Under the pieces are notes generated by a model. That model did no database searches, was not told the origin of the DNA, and saw only the letters and a list, made by a program, of their open reading frames with translations. Of a stretch of DNA of 64,000 nt, positions 1-12,951 are shown piece after piece; the stretch's first letter is position 1; every line of letters starts with the position of its first letter. The translations under genes and the position numbers were made by a program. Source of the DNA: Blasia pusilla (taxonomy: Eukaryota); NCBI GenBank assembly GCA_050084515.1, contig CM114271.1, forward strand, positions 23,436,001-23,500,000, read 5' to 3'.

Positions 1-736
1 CGCGCCGCTTGTGGCCGCACCGCATCGTCTTGATCACCAAGCCGTGCCATCATTGGAGAGCAGAGCGTGTATTGTTGTTGAGGAGGGTATGTCGCTGAGT
101 GCCGTACCCTATTACCGAGTGTCGTGCTGTTTGTAGCCCTTCTGTGCCGAGAGTGCCGCACCGTACTGCTGGACCCGCACCACACATCGAGGAGATTTGA
201 GCATCGTCAGTACCAGAGCAGTACGACTTGCTGCTTGGAGGATTTGTCTTCACGATGGAGATAGGGTCGAGGTTTTTCAGTTGCTGAGGTCAAGTTATCC
301 ATTCTGGTCTTTTGCCTTGCACATGTTAGGGATTTCCGGGTATTGGGCAGTTCTTTGGGATATTGGGTTTCGTGTTGATGCCGAGAGCATCATTGATGTA
401 TGGGTTAGGGGACATAGACTGTGTGGGATGTCTAGAGTTGAGGGCGTGTCCTGTCGATGGGATGATAGGACAATAGACGATTTGCTGCACCATGTGCTTG
501 TTGCCGTACAACACACGTCTCAGTGAGAGAGTGTAGATTGAATGCCGCATGTTGGATTGAGTGATTACTCACAAGATTGAGAGTGATCGTGTGAGAGGGG
601 CACAAGGGTCATCACGGCGTCCTTTCAGGACTTTGAGAGGCGAGGTGGTGGACCTGAGAGTAGCTCTAGAGAATTTACCCGAAGTGGTGCGAGGTTTCTA
701 GAGTCTTTACGTGAGAGACCACCTCGATCTCCTTCT

Positions 737-3700
737 ATGTCGTCTTCAAACAAGGGGAAGAGTGTAGAGGAGTGTGCTAGTGATCCACCGCACATATTGA
801 GTGGTCCTACCAGTTGGGCGTACGAGATGGACGACCGGGGTAGAGGACCGCGTAGGTTGTGGGGTGCTATAGGCACTATAGAGTTACAAGACTTCATTAT
901 GGAGTTTAGGAGTTGGTGTGACTCACAGCGGGCTAGGAACTCCAAAGAGTTTGACCCGTTTACAGCATGGAATGGAATATTCCAACATTTAGAGGGGGCA
1001 TCCATGGACGATTACCACGAGTTCTCGCATAGATATGCCCATGACATTGAGTCCTGGAGACTCTACTATGACCTACACTATGTATCATGGACTGAGCCAT
1101 TTCTAGATGAAGAGGAGGAGCCACGAGAGGATTCCTTCACCGGTGATGTTGTAGGAGGGGTGACTCGCACTACAACAGTTGCATCGTCCATTCAAGTTTG
1201 TCCCTCGTTCAACCCCGTGGTTGAATTCTTAGGTGAGTTGAGGGCGAGCTATAAGGGGGTACAATTGGAGAAGTTGCGGAGCATCCATGACTTCCAGAGG
1301 TGCCCACGTGAGAGTTTGGGTGAGGCCTACACCCGCTTGCGCCGGTTGATTAACGTCACTCAGGGGGTGATAGAGCCTTAGGCTATCTAGTCATGGTACG
1401 CGATGTTGGGCTAGACCCTGCAGATACGTGTGCGAGAGGGGGTGCTTCTTATGAACACCTCCCCTACGTTAAGAGATGTTTTAAGGACCGCCAAGAACAT
1501 TAAGCGCAACATGGCGGAGGAGACCGTAGCCACCATGGGTTCTCAGTCACGATTGCATGCACCACCAATGCAGCAACATGGATTCTGAGATAGGTCTGTG
1601 GCACCACGAGCTCAAGGAGGATACCGGGAGGCCATGCCACAGAGACCTGGGCCTTCATATGTGGCTCAGCAGTAGCCGCCTACGATTACTTGTTGGTCAT
1701 GTGCTGGAGCCCATCATTAGCGCGATTGCACCTGTCAGGGTCATAGTCGCGTGCCTCAGCATGGAGGAGGAGATGGTGCTGCCCTAGGAGGTTATCAATG
1801 TGTCTATTGTCAAAGGTATGGTCACACACGTGCTAGGTGTTTCAGCTTGCACCCTGAGTTACGTTCGGACCGAGGTATAGAGAGGGCACCAGAGCGAGTT
1901 GCTGGTCCGGGTGGGCGTACAGGTCGTACACCAGGTGATCCCGTTGGGGGACGAGGAATGAGATTCACCCGAGGGGATGGTGAAGTTTCCCATGGAGTAG
2001 GTAGAGTCCACCACCTAGATGCGTCGAGGGAGACATCGAACATCGAGCGTGATAGCTACTCAGATATAGCAGCAGATTACTGCTATGGCATTGAGGTTAC
2101 CTGATGTCGTATTCGTGGCATCGACATCTTATGGAGCCGCCAGAGATATGGAGGATCCTGGTTGGATGTGCGGGGTTGCCCAAATGGAGGCCATTACAGT
2201 TGTTATGCGTGAAGCAGCCGCATAGTTGGATCCACAGCGAAGGAAAGCTAGGAAACAGACCATACTTCCTCAGTCCTTCACGTTTTCCGAGGCGATAAGA
2301 ACCCCATCGATGGGTCCTGATCATAGTTCTCAGAGAGTTGGTGTTGTTATTGTTGGTGTGCAGGCACGGAGGGCGATGGGAGAAGCGAGTGCAATGACTC
2401 ATATTGTTGATGCTCAAGAGGAGCATGTGTTGAGCATGTTGTTGGGGGCGGCCACTGTTGTGTACCGCGCTCCTTTATTTTCTACTTCCGATGTTATGAC
2501 GTTGGGAGGTACACCCGCTGAGGTTTTCCGGCTGACCGCTATACTATGTGAATGTGGAGTTGGAGTTCCTACATCACGTTCAGAGGTGATTGTAGAGAAG
2601 GTGATGGACCTGCCCTTGGAGTTGATGGTCGGCCGTCCACGCCAGATTTCTGGCAGGCTGCGGCTACTAGGATGGGGGAGATGCCCGCTAGACCCGCGAT
2701 AGAGCGTGCTATGGCTTCTCCTGGTGTTCTTTTGCTGGATAACTGGGGAGAGGTCTTCCAGTTGGTGAGTCGAGGAGGTAGAGCTTTTAGTTTGCAGCGC
2801 GTCTTGTTGGACTCAAGAGCGCAACCCCTTATGTTGGGGAAAGCGAAATTGAGAGGTTTGGGCCTGACGAGGGCCGATGTGGATCGTTGTCCATTCCAGA
2901 TACAGATATCCTTGAGTGAAGCGAGTACCACACAGTATATCACCCGACAGGAGGTCGTGGTGAGCATTCGCCCAGGTCATCCTACAGATGAGTCCGTCGT
3001 GCGAGCCAAGGCGATAGTGACTGTTGCAGAGTCCTACGATGTCTTGGTTGGTAGAGCAGTGTTGTACCCGATGGGGTTTTCCCTGGATTATTGGCAGGAG
3101 TCAGCATCCTACACAACAGGATGGCAGTCAGGTGATGCGCGCCTTAGCTCATTACCCGTTCAATTCACAAGTGCAGTGATCGAGCGTCGGAGACCTTAGC
3201 AACATTTAGCAGCGGCATCACTTGGCCTAGTGATTTGATTGAGGGACATGTCCATGCAGAGGATACTCCCATTCCTGACATGTCTATGGAGAGGAGTGTC
3301 ATGATCACCGAATCAGTCCGTGGAGGAGAGGTGCCGATTAGGGGTTTGACTGAGGAGCTTCCACGCTTAGCCACTGAGCATGTGGAGGCTGCGTGGAGCG
3401 AGATGTTTGCACCATAGCATGACGGGTCAGACGAACCCGAGGTAGCCGAAGGCAATGTGCTCGTGAACTTGCCCTCGTCTTTGGTGGACCAACTTGGTGC
3501 AACATGAGGTTTTGCGGAGGATGTATGCTAGAGTGGAGCGCCCCTTTGATTAGTTGGTGGATTCTATTCTGGATCCAGGTCGTCGATCACAAGCAGTGAG
3601 GCACGATGATTGATTGCTGTTGACTGTGGTCACCAAGATTGGCATGCCACGGGCAATCTTTCCCACATTTGTGAGTTTTCCCGCTTCCTATGCATTCAAG

Positions 3701-5733
3701 GAGGTCGGACCTGGCTTGGTTAGGGATGACCACATACAAAGGTTGGTGGAGCCCAACGCTGATGAGTGAGAGCAAGCGATGGGATTCCCCACAGGAGTGA
3801 CACTAGTATCGTCACTATCAGAGGCATCATGATGTCATGTCTTGGGTCAAGCGATGGACCTGAACTGCTTGACATGGATTTTCAGCCTTAGAGTAGCTGA
3901 GGAGTGTCATTTGCGGATGCAACAGATCATAGTTGTTGCGTTGGTGAGCCCCATGCCTATCGAGGTGGTTGAGGCAGTGGCTAGTGGCGAGACCCGAGGA
4001 GATCAACACACCAGGGGTCCCCTTGGACTTCTTAGGATGTTTTTCAGGTACGCCAAGAGATGATAGCCACAATATCGAGCGTGGTTACGGGTACTGCACA
4101 TGGAGATCGGATTTTGCAGTTCGCTGTAGGAGAGCAATCAAGTTCTGTTGTTCGGGACGGGGTTGCACCATAGCAATCACTGACACTTGCACCGGAGAGT
4201 CCTACCGTAGTCACAATGGAGACTTGGAAGCCAGATATGGGCCCTAAGTTGTCAGAAGGAGAACGACGCCGGAGACATCAGTTCCTAAGGAGTTATAGGA
4301 GTTGTTTTGCATTTAGCATGCAAGATTTGGGTAAGCTGAAGGGTCTAGGGATCCGCATTGAGTTGTCGATTGACACGCCAATCTTCTGACAACCCTACAA
4401 GTACAGTGATATGGAGAGGGCTCTGATTCAGAGTAGAAGCCATGACTTGGTTGGAGCAGGACTAGTGGAGATGTCGCATGGAGAGTATGTATCTGCCACT
4501 ATTATGCCCGCCAAGAAGGATGTGCATGGAAACTAGACGGATAGGCGGATGTGTGGAGATTACCGACCTATCAATCGGAAGATGAAGTCCGATAGGTATG
4601 CCATGCCCATCCCTGAGGAGATCTTTGATGCGATTGGGCATGCAAAGGTCTTCAGTTTGTTAGATCTTCAAGCCGGATACCATCAGCTGCCAATCAGATT
4701 GGAGGACAGACAGAAGACGGCATTTTGGGGCATCGATTCTCACGGGAATGATTGCTTGTACTAGTGGCAATTCTTACCATTTGGATTAAAGAACCCTCTG
4801 GCTGAGTTTTTGAGGGTCATGGATAGGATCTTGGCAGGTCTGGATTTTTCCAGGTGTTATATTGATGACATCGTAGTCTTTAGTGCCTCGGTTGAGTAGC
4901 ATGAGCAAAATCTAGAGGAGGAGTTTCGACGATTGCAATTACATGGGCTGAAGCTACATCCAAGCAAGTGCAAGTTCTTCTACGACCAAATTGGGTAGCT
5001 GGGTCATATGATATACCCAGGGAGCCTTGATATGCAACAGATGAAGGTAGAGGCTATTTCACACATTCCACACCCTACAGATGTGAGTCGAGTTCGTCCA
5101 TTCATGAGATTGGCGATCTTCTATCGACGGTACGATAAGGGTTTCAGTTCAATTGCGAAGCCGATAACCTTGCTGACCAAGGTGGATCAGGAGTGGCACT
5201 GTGGGGATGAGCAGGAGAGAGCATTTCAGCTGCTCAAGGACATATTGATGTCCGCGCCCATATTGAGGAGACCAATCAAGGGGTATTCTTTCTAGTTGCA
5301 TACCGATTGGAGCATGCTGGGGCTTTGAGCCATGCTCATCCAACATGACGATGATGGTAGAGAGTTCGTGGTGGCTCACGCTAGTAGCTCAAACAACGCT
5401 GCAGGAACAAAGTATAGCTTGTTTGAGGGTGAGTGCTTGGTTGCGGTGTGGGTTGTTGCACATTTCAGGTGTTATATATTCGGTAACCCCTTTACCATCA
5501 TTATTGATCATCAGCCACTTAAGTGGTTGATGGAGTCCGACAAGCTTATAGGGAAGCTTGCGAGGTAGACTCTTTTGTTGTAGGAGTATGACTTCCAGGT
5601 GGTGCATAGACCTGGGATGCTCAACCAAGATGCGGATGGTTTGAGCCGTAACCTTGGCCGAGTCAGCGAGATGCGATTGGAGCTCCTTGGCATGGCGAGA
5701 GTGATGAGGAGTTGGTGCCACAATGGCAAGCGT
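737..5733 (+). pseudogene. Degenerate gag-pol of copy 1
   Basis: ORF pieces 737-1381, 1751-2104, 2552-3199, 4549-4764, 5008-5295 and 5332-5568 are collinear gag/PR/RT/RH fragments. Confidence 0.92.
3473..3885 (+). pseudogene. C-terminal half (motifs VIII-X) of C5 cytosine DNA methyltransferase inside pol of copy 1
   Basis: Reading through stops: PRLWWTNL...RLVEPNADE*EQAMGFPTGVT...HVLGQAMDLNCLTWIF. Collinear with 54810-55215 of copy 3; motifs I-VII are missing. Confidence 0.85.
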
Positions 5734-8700
5734 TCATAGACTCATCATCCAACCCCACCACTGAAGTCATCACCTGTGGCTGACCTACCATAGTCAACCA
5801 ACAAAGATAGGAAGATGCATGCCAACCGAGCATCATCTCCTCATCACTCTCTCCGTGCCATCGAGCTCCTCTGTCGTCTCTCTGACTTGAACATGGGTTA
5901 CGACTCAACCCATTCGCATCCTGGTTTAGCCAACCTGACCTATGAACCACCTCAAACTCATACTCTTGTAGTAATAGAGCCCACCTGGCGAGTTTTCTTG
6001 TAAGCTTGTCGGACTCCATCAACCACCTCAACGGCTGATGATCACTGATAAGTGTGAAAGGGTTTTCGAATAAATAGAACCTGAAATGTGCCATGGCCCA
6101 CACTGCATCCAAGCACTCTCCCTTGTAGGAACTATACTTTGCCTCTGCAATGTTGTTCGATCGGCTCGCGTAAGCCACAACGAACTCCCTCTCCTCGTCA
6201 TCCCTCTGAGTAAGCACTGCTCCTAGACCCAACATGCTCCAATCCGTATGTAACTGGAATGGGCGACCCCTAACCGGTCTCTGCAAAATGGGTGAGGACG
6301 ACAACCTGTCCTTGAGCTCCTGAAATGCTTGCTCATGATCATCTCCCCACAACCAAACCTGATTAAGTCTCATCAACAAGGTCAAAGACTTTGCAATTGC
6401 ACTAAAACCCTTGACATACCGTCGATAGAATTTCGCCAGTCCAAGAAATGCTCGGACTCAACTCACATCTGTAGGGCGTGGAATCTGCGCAATAGCCTCT
6501 ACCTTTGTCTGCTAAACGCCTAACCCACTCGGGTATATGGTGTGTACCAAATACTCAATCTGCTTGTGAAAGAATCCGCACTTGCCTGGATGTAATTTCA
6601 GTCCATGTAACTGCAATCGCCGAAACACCTCCTCTAGGTGTCGCTCACGCTCCTCAACCGTGGAACTGAAGATAAGAATATCATCTATGTAACATCGTAC
6701 AAACTCCAAGCCAGCCAGAATCCTATCCATCATTCTCTGAAACTCTGCAGGTGCATTCTTCAACCCAAATAGTAAGAACCGCCACTAATACAAGCAATCT
6801 CTCCCGAACCAATCTATCCCCCAGAATGTTGTCTTCTCCCTGTCCTCCAACCTAATAGGAAGCTGATGATAGCCATCACGGAGATCTAAAGTACTGAAGA
6901 TCTTTGCATGCCCTACCGCATCAAAGATCTCCTCAAGAGTAGGCATGGCATACCGATCTGACCTCGTCTTTCGGTTGATAGGACGGTAATCTCCACACAT
7001 CCGCCTATCCATCCAATTGCCATACATATCCTTCTTTGCTGGCATGACTGTGGCAGATGCATACTCCCCATGTGATCACTCCACAAGTCCTGCCTCCAAC
7101 AAGTCCTGACTTCTGCTCTGAATCAAGGCTCGCTCCATATCAGAATATCTGTAGGGTCGACGAAAGATCGGCATATCACTAGCCAACTCAATCCGTATCC
7201 CGGGACCCTTCAGCGTACCCAAGTCTCTCATACTGAAGGCAAAACAACTAACATGCCCTCTCAAAAACCTATGAACTCGCCGTCGCTCTCCTCCTATCAA
7301 CTTGAGACCTATCTCAGGCTCCCAAGTCTCCATCGTGACCTCATTGGGAGATGACGCAACCTCCGGCTTTGGTTGCTATGTAGCAATCCTAGCCACCTCC
7401 GCAACAGCCACTCCAGTCTGACCTCCTACACCATGCTCCACATCCAAAAAATGAACATGTGCTACTCTGGCCGCCTTCGCACTCTCTGCTCGAACAACGT
7501 CCTAGGAAGTCCATGGGTGCATATCTCTTCTCATCTCGCCCCCAGCCGATGCCTGTACAGACCGTGTAGGCAATGGTCCAACTTGTGGACGTGACGGCAT
7601 GGATGACACTCGCATCCGTCTCTGCTCAACCATACCTAGGCTGACTATCCATGTGAGACAGCTCCACGCGTGCCTCACGAGATTGTCGGCACTCCTCTGT
7701 AGCTCTCGAGTCATACCCCACAATGGTGAAGATGTCTCGCCAACATGGGAAGAGACACTCGCCATGGACTGTCTCTCCGTGGGACTATCCGCTACTGGGA
7801 CATCCCCCGCATGTGCGTTCCCCTCCAACAACTCTCTTGGCGAGCTAACACTACCTGTGAAAGCTGCCAACGTGGTCACAGACTCGCCTCGTGATCGACC
7901 ACCTCGTCTCGTAAACTGCACGGGTAACTGACTCATCCGTCCGTCACCTGACCGCCACCCTGGCCGATAAGCAACGGTCTCCTCCCAAAATTCAAGGATG
8001 AATCCTAGGGGATATAACATTGTACTCCCTACCAACACATCGTACGACTCAACTGGTATCGTAATCGCACGTGTGCGCACCATAGCACTATCCGTCGTAT
8101 GCTCTCTCTGGACTATGAAAACTATCTCTTTTTGAGTCATATACTGCGTGGGTGACACGTCCCCAATCGAGGTCTGTATCTGGAAGGGACAAGGCTCAAT
8201 GTCGGCCTTCCGTAACCCCAACGCTAAACACACCGCCTTCCCTAACATCAAGGGTTGCGCTCCCGAATCAAGTAGGACGCGCTGCGGGTGGTATACCGTC
8301 CCCATGGGACTAACCAAGCGAAATACTCTAGCTCGGTTATCGAGTAATACTACTCCAAGTGTCACCACTACTCGCTCTATGGCTGATCGAGCTGGGATAT
8401 CTACCAACTTCTCCACCACCGCATGCCATGACTCTGTGGGAAACGTCTCAAGCACCGGCTCTGAGGGCAAGTCCACCACCTCGTCAACTACCCCTAAACA
8501 AGAAGTTGTCACCTCTCCACGCTCACACAACATGGCGGCCAGCCGGAACACCTCAGCTGGTCCAACTCCCAACGTTGCCAACTCTATGGCGGAATATAGT
8601 GGAGTCTGACTCACTCTGGTGGCCACCTCCAACAGTATGGTCGACACTGACTCTGCTCAAGTCGGCATAGGAGTTGTCACTCCAGTACCTGCCTGAGCTA

Positions 8701-10448
8701 TAGGCACCGCTGGTCGTCGAGGCACCATCGATGGTGTGTGTAGTGCCTCCAAAAATGTGAATGACTGTGGAACCCTGGCCTGCCGCCCATCGATCCCCTC
8801 TGGTGGGTCAATCTCAACTCCACCTCTCGATGGCTCGGTGCCTCTCGCAGCACCCCGAGTCACCACTGCAGCTGCCTCAACCTGGACTGCACTACACATA
8901 AACCCCATACTGGCAAGATCCTCACCCGGATCAGGGTAAGAGGTAGAAGCTGGAGTCACACTAGGTGCTCGCAGATCCGTGCCTTCCCTAAGCTGCATCA
9001 TCGTCATGGCACCAATCCTCTGCTCCAACTGATCGATGCGTGAGAGAGGTGCCGGCTCTGGTGCTCCTACTCCATCTCCTCTAGCTGGTGGTGGTCCTCT
9101 ATCACCACGTCCAGGAAGAACTCTCCGACCTCCTCTAGGACGACGGCCTACCTTTGGACGTGCCTCTCGACGAAGGTCAAAACACCTATCCCAAGTGTGA
9201 CCATATCTATGGCAATAGTCACACTAGTGCTGTGGTGGGGCCATCCTCTGTGGCTCCTAAGCAATCAGAGGCGCTCGTGGTCCTCTCCCATGTTGTGTGC
9301 AGTCTCTCTGCCGATGAGCCCCGGCCTCCACACGTCCAACAAGACAACATCGGTCCTTGCTCGGCAATATATGTAGGTACGGGTCATTGCCTCATAGGCT
9401 CACGGTACCCGCCCTGCTCTCTGGGCACACTCGCCCGCTCCCGTGGTACTGGTGCTTGCTGTGGCACCTGTGGGGTCATTGTCGCTCGTGGACCCGTCGA
9501 CTCTCGAGAAAATCTAGCGGTCACTACATGCTCCTCACTCATGTTGAGCTCAATACGCTCAGACAACTCAAAGACCACCTTCAATGTGGGCTTCGCTGTG
9601 TGAATCAGCACCGCATCTCGGACTCTCCTCCGTAGTTCTCGGTCCAGAACCCCGTACCAATACTAGACTGACTACGCCTTAGTCACTCCATACGTAGCAA
9701 TGATCAGCCTCCTCATGCGCGTGAATGCCTCTCTCAGAGTCTCACCTGATCGTCGCTGAAAATCCTGTAGACTCTTCAACTTGTCGGTGCGTACGCCTTG
9801 GTAGCTCTTCCCCAACTGTCGGAAGAACTCCACTGTGGGGCTAAAGCTGGGTGGCTCTCTACCACCAGCGGTCTCTGCCACATCGCCTGTCTCATTGCCC
9901 TCCTCTCCATCTAGTCTCCGGGTTGATGGTGTGGGTCTCTGTCCTCTCACAATCCCATCATATGCCTCGCGACCACTAGTGGAGACATACCTTGGAGCCC
10001 AATACATCCTCCAGGCATCGATCTCTAATGAATATAGTGATCAAAATTCCATGTAATCATCCATCGGAGGACCCTCCAAGTGTTGGAACAACCCCTTCCA
10101 TGCCATGAAAGGGTTGAACCGTGTCGGGGTCTGTATCTCTTGGAAGTCGCACCACGTGTCGAACCCTTGGATAAAATCATCTAAGTCGATGGTGCCCACT
10201 ACATCCGAGAAATGACGCATGCCTCGATGGCCCATGTCATCCATCTCTTGCCAAGTGATACTGCCTCCGTCTGCGATCTCGTCACCAGACCCAGTGTCTA
10301 GTGATGACGATCCAGCCACGGATGGATGTTGAGGTAGCTCCTCACTCGTAAATCCTCGGTATCTCACTCCACTCCGTGTCACTCCACTACTACTGCTCGC
10401 ACTACCCCGTTCTTCCGAACCCTGGAAGAATGCCGTGATGACAACCAT
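5734..10448 (-). pseudogene. Degenerate gag-pol of copy 2, lacking the methyltransferase domain
   Basis: ORFs 10041-10448, 9672-10007, 9384-9611, 8657-9028, 7502-8647, 7076-7333, 6785-7045, 6512-6763 and 5663-6385. Confidence 0.9.
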
Positions 10449-11613
10449 GTCTCACCCGCTCAAGCACTCAGACTCACCGAGAGTCTCCCACACTCCTCAC
10501 TAGCTCACCTATGCTAAGGTCAATCTCATGATGACACACCTGACCTCACGCACACTCAACACTCGGGCTCACCATGAGCCTCCCAACTGACTCACCTAAC
10601 TTAGCGACACTCACCTAACCTCTTGAATCATACATGCGACCCCTACGCGGAAACCGCCGTATATCCACTAACATGCTACACATGAAAAGAGTCTACACTC
10701 GTCACCATCACTGCACCCACCTAGCACCAGCTACTACCCAATACCCATCAATCTCAATCACACACGACAAGTGCGGGAAAAGGGACTCGAACGGGTAACC
10801 TGATCACGCCCTCCAACCTACGTACCGTCAGCACTCACTCCTCCATGTGGTATGACAACCCCGATCTGCAACACAACACTCTCCTCGACCACACCTTGAA
10901 CCTCCCATCAACGGATGTGGACGAACCGTCGGCATCTGCGCTTGCGTCTCTACGTCCAACACTTTGTCATGAACTATCGATGCAACTCACAATCTCACCA
11001 TCCATCGGATCAGAGCCTCAAGTCTATACATCCTGAATCTCCCATCCGACTCCGAAAACCCCAACGCAGGCCCACTCAACGATGTAGCTATAGTCTCATG
11101 ATGGACTGCCCTACCTTGTAACTCTCCAATCACCAACATACCACATTCACTGCTCAACCTGGTCGGCCCTACAACCATGTCGGCCTTCCTACCATGTGAA
11201 GCCACCTCTACTCCGTCCAACACTCTCCTCCATCCGTTTGGCTCTTCCCATTTGGGCACACGGCCCTATGCGGGCACACCTGCCCATCCCTCTTCCTCCA
11301 TCTTCGGAGCTTAATGACTCCCGTGGACTCGTCTACGCCCTTGGAGCTCCTCCTCCATGGGCAGTTGGTCCTATTCCTCTCCCTACCCATCTCCCTCTTT
11401 ACTCCCTTAGGCCCGGCCCTATGGGGCCGGGCCTTGTTCTCTCCCCCTTTGTCCGCACCCTCTTTCCTGCTTTTTAGGAGCCATCATGGCTCCCCCTTAG
11501 GTAGGCCGTACTTGGTAGATACGAAGGTACCTGCCCTAGACCCTCGGAGCCTTAATGGCTCTTCCTTCCTAGTTACTCCCGACATTCCCGCTATTAGACG
11601 ACGCTACACCTGC

Positions 11614-12293
11614 TGTCACAACCTGCGCTACACCCTACTGCTATCCCCCGTCAATCCGCACCAGCCAAAAATATGAGAAAAACGGACAGCGCTTCCGCCC
11701 ATGACCTTCCAAACAGAAAAATGACCAACAACCGTAATACACGCGTCTCCAGGGGCTCCCGACCAAGGTAACTCGCTTGCCTACCTACAAACAACGAATT
11801 CCCACCAACCCCCTCACATCTTTCTCATGTAAAAATAAAGAGTAGTAAAAACGGCACACCTAGCCTAAAACTCCACTCCTCAATCTACATCGGCATATCG
11901 AGCCTTGTCCACCCTGTGCTATCAAGGAATCCGGACACTAACACCCTAGCCCTATCCCACACACATACAAGAGAGGTGCTCCAACAGCCCAACATGAGAA
12001 AGATGGCTTAGGAAAGCCATCTTCCTCTCTTATATAGGGTTGGTAAGAGCCAAAAGGCTCTTCCCCTAAAAATAGCCCTCCCCTTGGTAACTAGGGGCGG
12101 GTGACCTGGTCAACAAGTCACTCGGTTGTGAAAGACCTCAACATGAAAGTTGTCAGAAACAACGTTTCTGACACAATGGACCTATCCTTAATCTCATCCG
12201 ACACAGTGAGACAAAGTTACACTCAAGATATTCCGCTGGCTCCTACGCCCTATCCACGATAGATCTCGGCCTATCGGCTACCCAGATGTGACA
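11614..12293 (-). repeat. 5' LTR of copy 2 (~680 bp)
   Basis: Bounded by inverted TGTCACA...TGTGACA termini (TG..CA). TATA-like CCTATATAA on the minus strand near 12030-12038. Near-copy adjacent at 12294-12951. Confidence 0.8.
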
Positions 12294-12951
12294 TCTATTT
12301 GCACCAACGAAATCCACGAAAAACGGACAGCGCTTCCGGGCACAGTCTTCCGAATGAAAAATTGACAAAGCAAACGCCAACCGACGTCTCCAAGAGCTCC
12401 CAACCGAGGCAACTCGCTTGCCTACCTGCAAACAACAAATTCCCCCTACCCCCTTGCATCTTTCTTATGTAAAAATAAGAGAAGTAAAAAGGGCACACCC
12501 GGCCCAAAACGCCACTCCTCAATCTACATTGGCATATCAAGCCTTGTCCACCCTACGCTATCAAGGAATCCGGACGCTAGCACCTTGGTCCCTATCTCAC
12601 ACACGAACAAGAGAGGTGCTCCAACGGCCCAACATGAGAAAGATGGCTTGGGAAAGCTATCTTTCTCCCATATATAGGTGTGGGAAGAGCCAAAAGACTC
12701 TTCCACTAAAAATAGCAACCCTCCTGGTAACCTGCGCGCACAGGTTAAGAGGGGTGGATGACGTGTTCAACAAGTCACCCGATTGAGAAAGACCCCAACA
12801 GGAAAGTCGTCACAAACAAGGTTCGTGACACAACGGACCTATCCTCAACCTCATCCGCCACCTCGAGACGAAGTTGCACTCAAGACAGTCCGCTGGCTCT
12901 CTATGTCGTCGCCACGATAGATCTCTACCTATCAGCTATTAAGATGTGACA
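12294..12951 (-). repeat. Second LTR of the same family in tandem, missing ~40 bp at its 3' end
   Basis: Aligns with 11651-12293 along its length (e.g. AAAACGGACAGCGCTTCCG, CAACATGAGAAAGATGGCTT) and ends with the same GATGTGACA. Confidence 0.85.

Larger units (their letters stand above)
1..5733 (+). mobile_element. Ty3/Gypsy LTR retrotransposon copy 1 (5' end outside window; truncated after RNase H)
   Basis: Bases 1-736 match the 5' leader of copy 3 (~50880-51465). gag starts at 737 with CCHC knuckle CVYCQRYGHTRARC (~1800-1840). Protease RVLLDSRAQPL, RT (MCGDYRPIN, LDLQAGYHQL, CYIDD at ~4855) and RNase H (HTDWS, IIDHQPLKW) follow. Many stops and frameshifts. Confidence 0.95.
5734..12293 (-). 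mobile_element. Ty3/Gypsy copy 2 (more diverged subfamily; 5' LTR present, truncated after RNase H)
   Basis: Minus-strand gag (10448 downward), protease RVLLDSGAQPLMLG (ORF 7502-8647), RT (6512-7333, CYIDD) and RNase H (5734-6385). LTR at 11614-12293. Confidence 0.93.

Noticed and set aside
5663-5733. C-terminal extension of minus-strand ORF 5663-6385 as a new fusion protein
   Set aside because: It is read-through across the junction into the antisense strand of copy 1.
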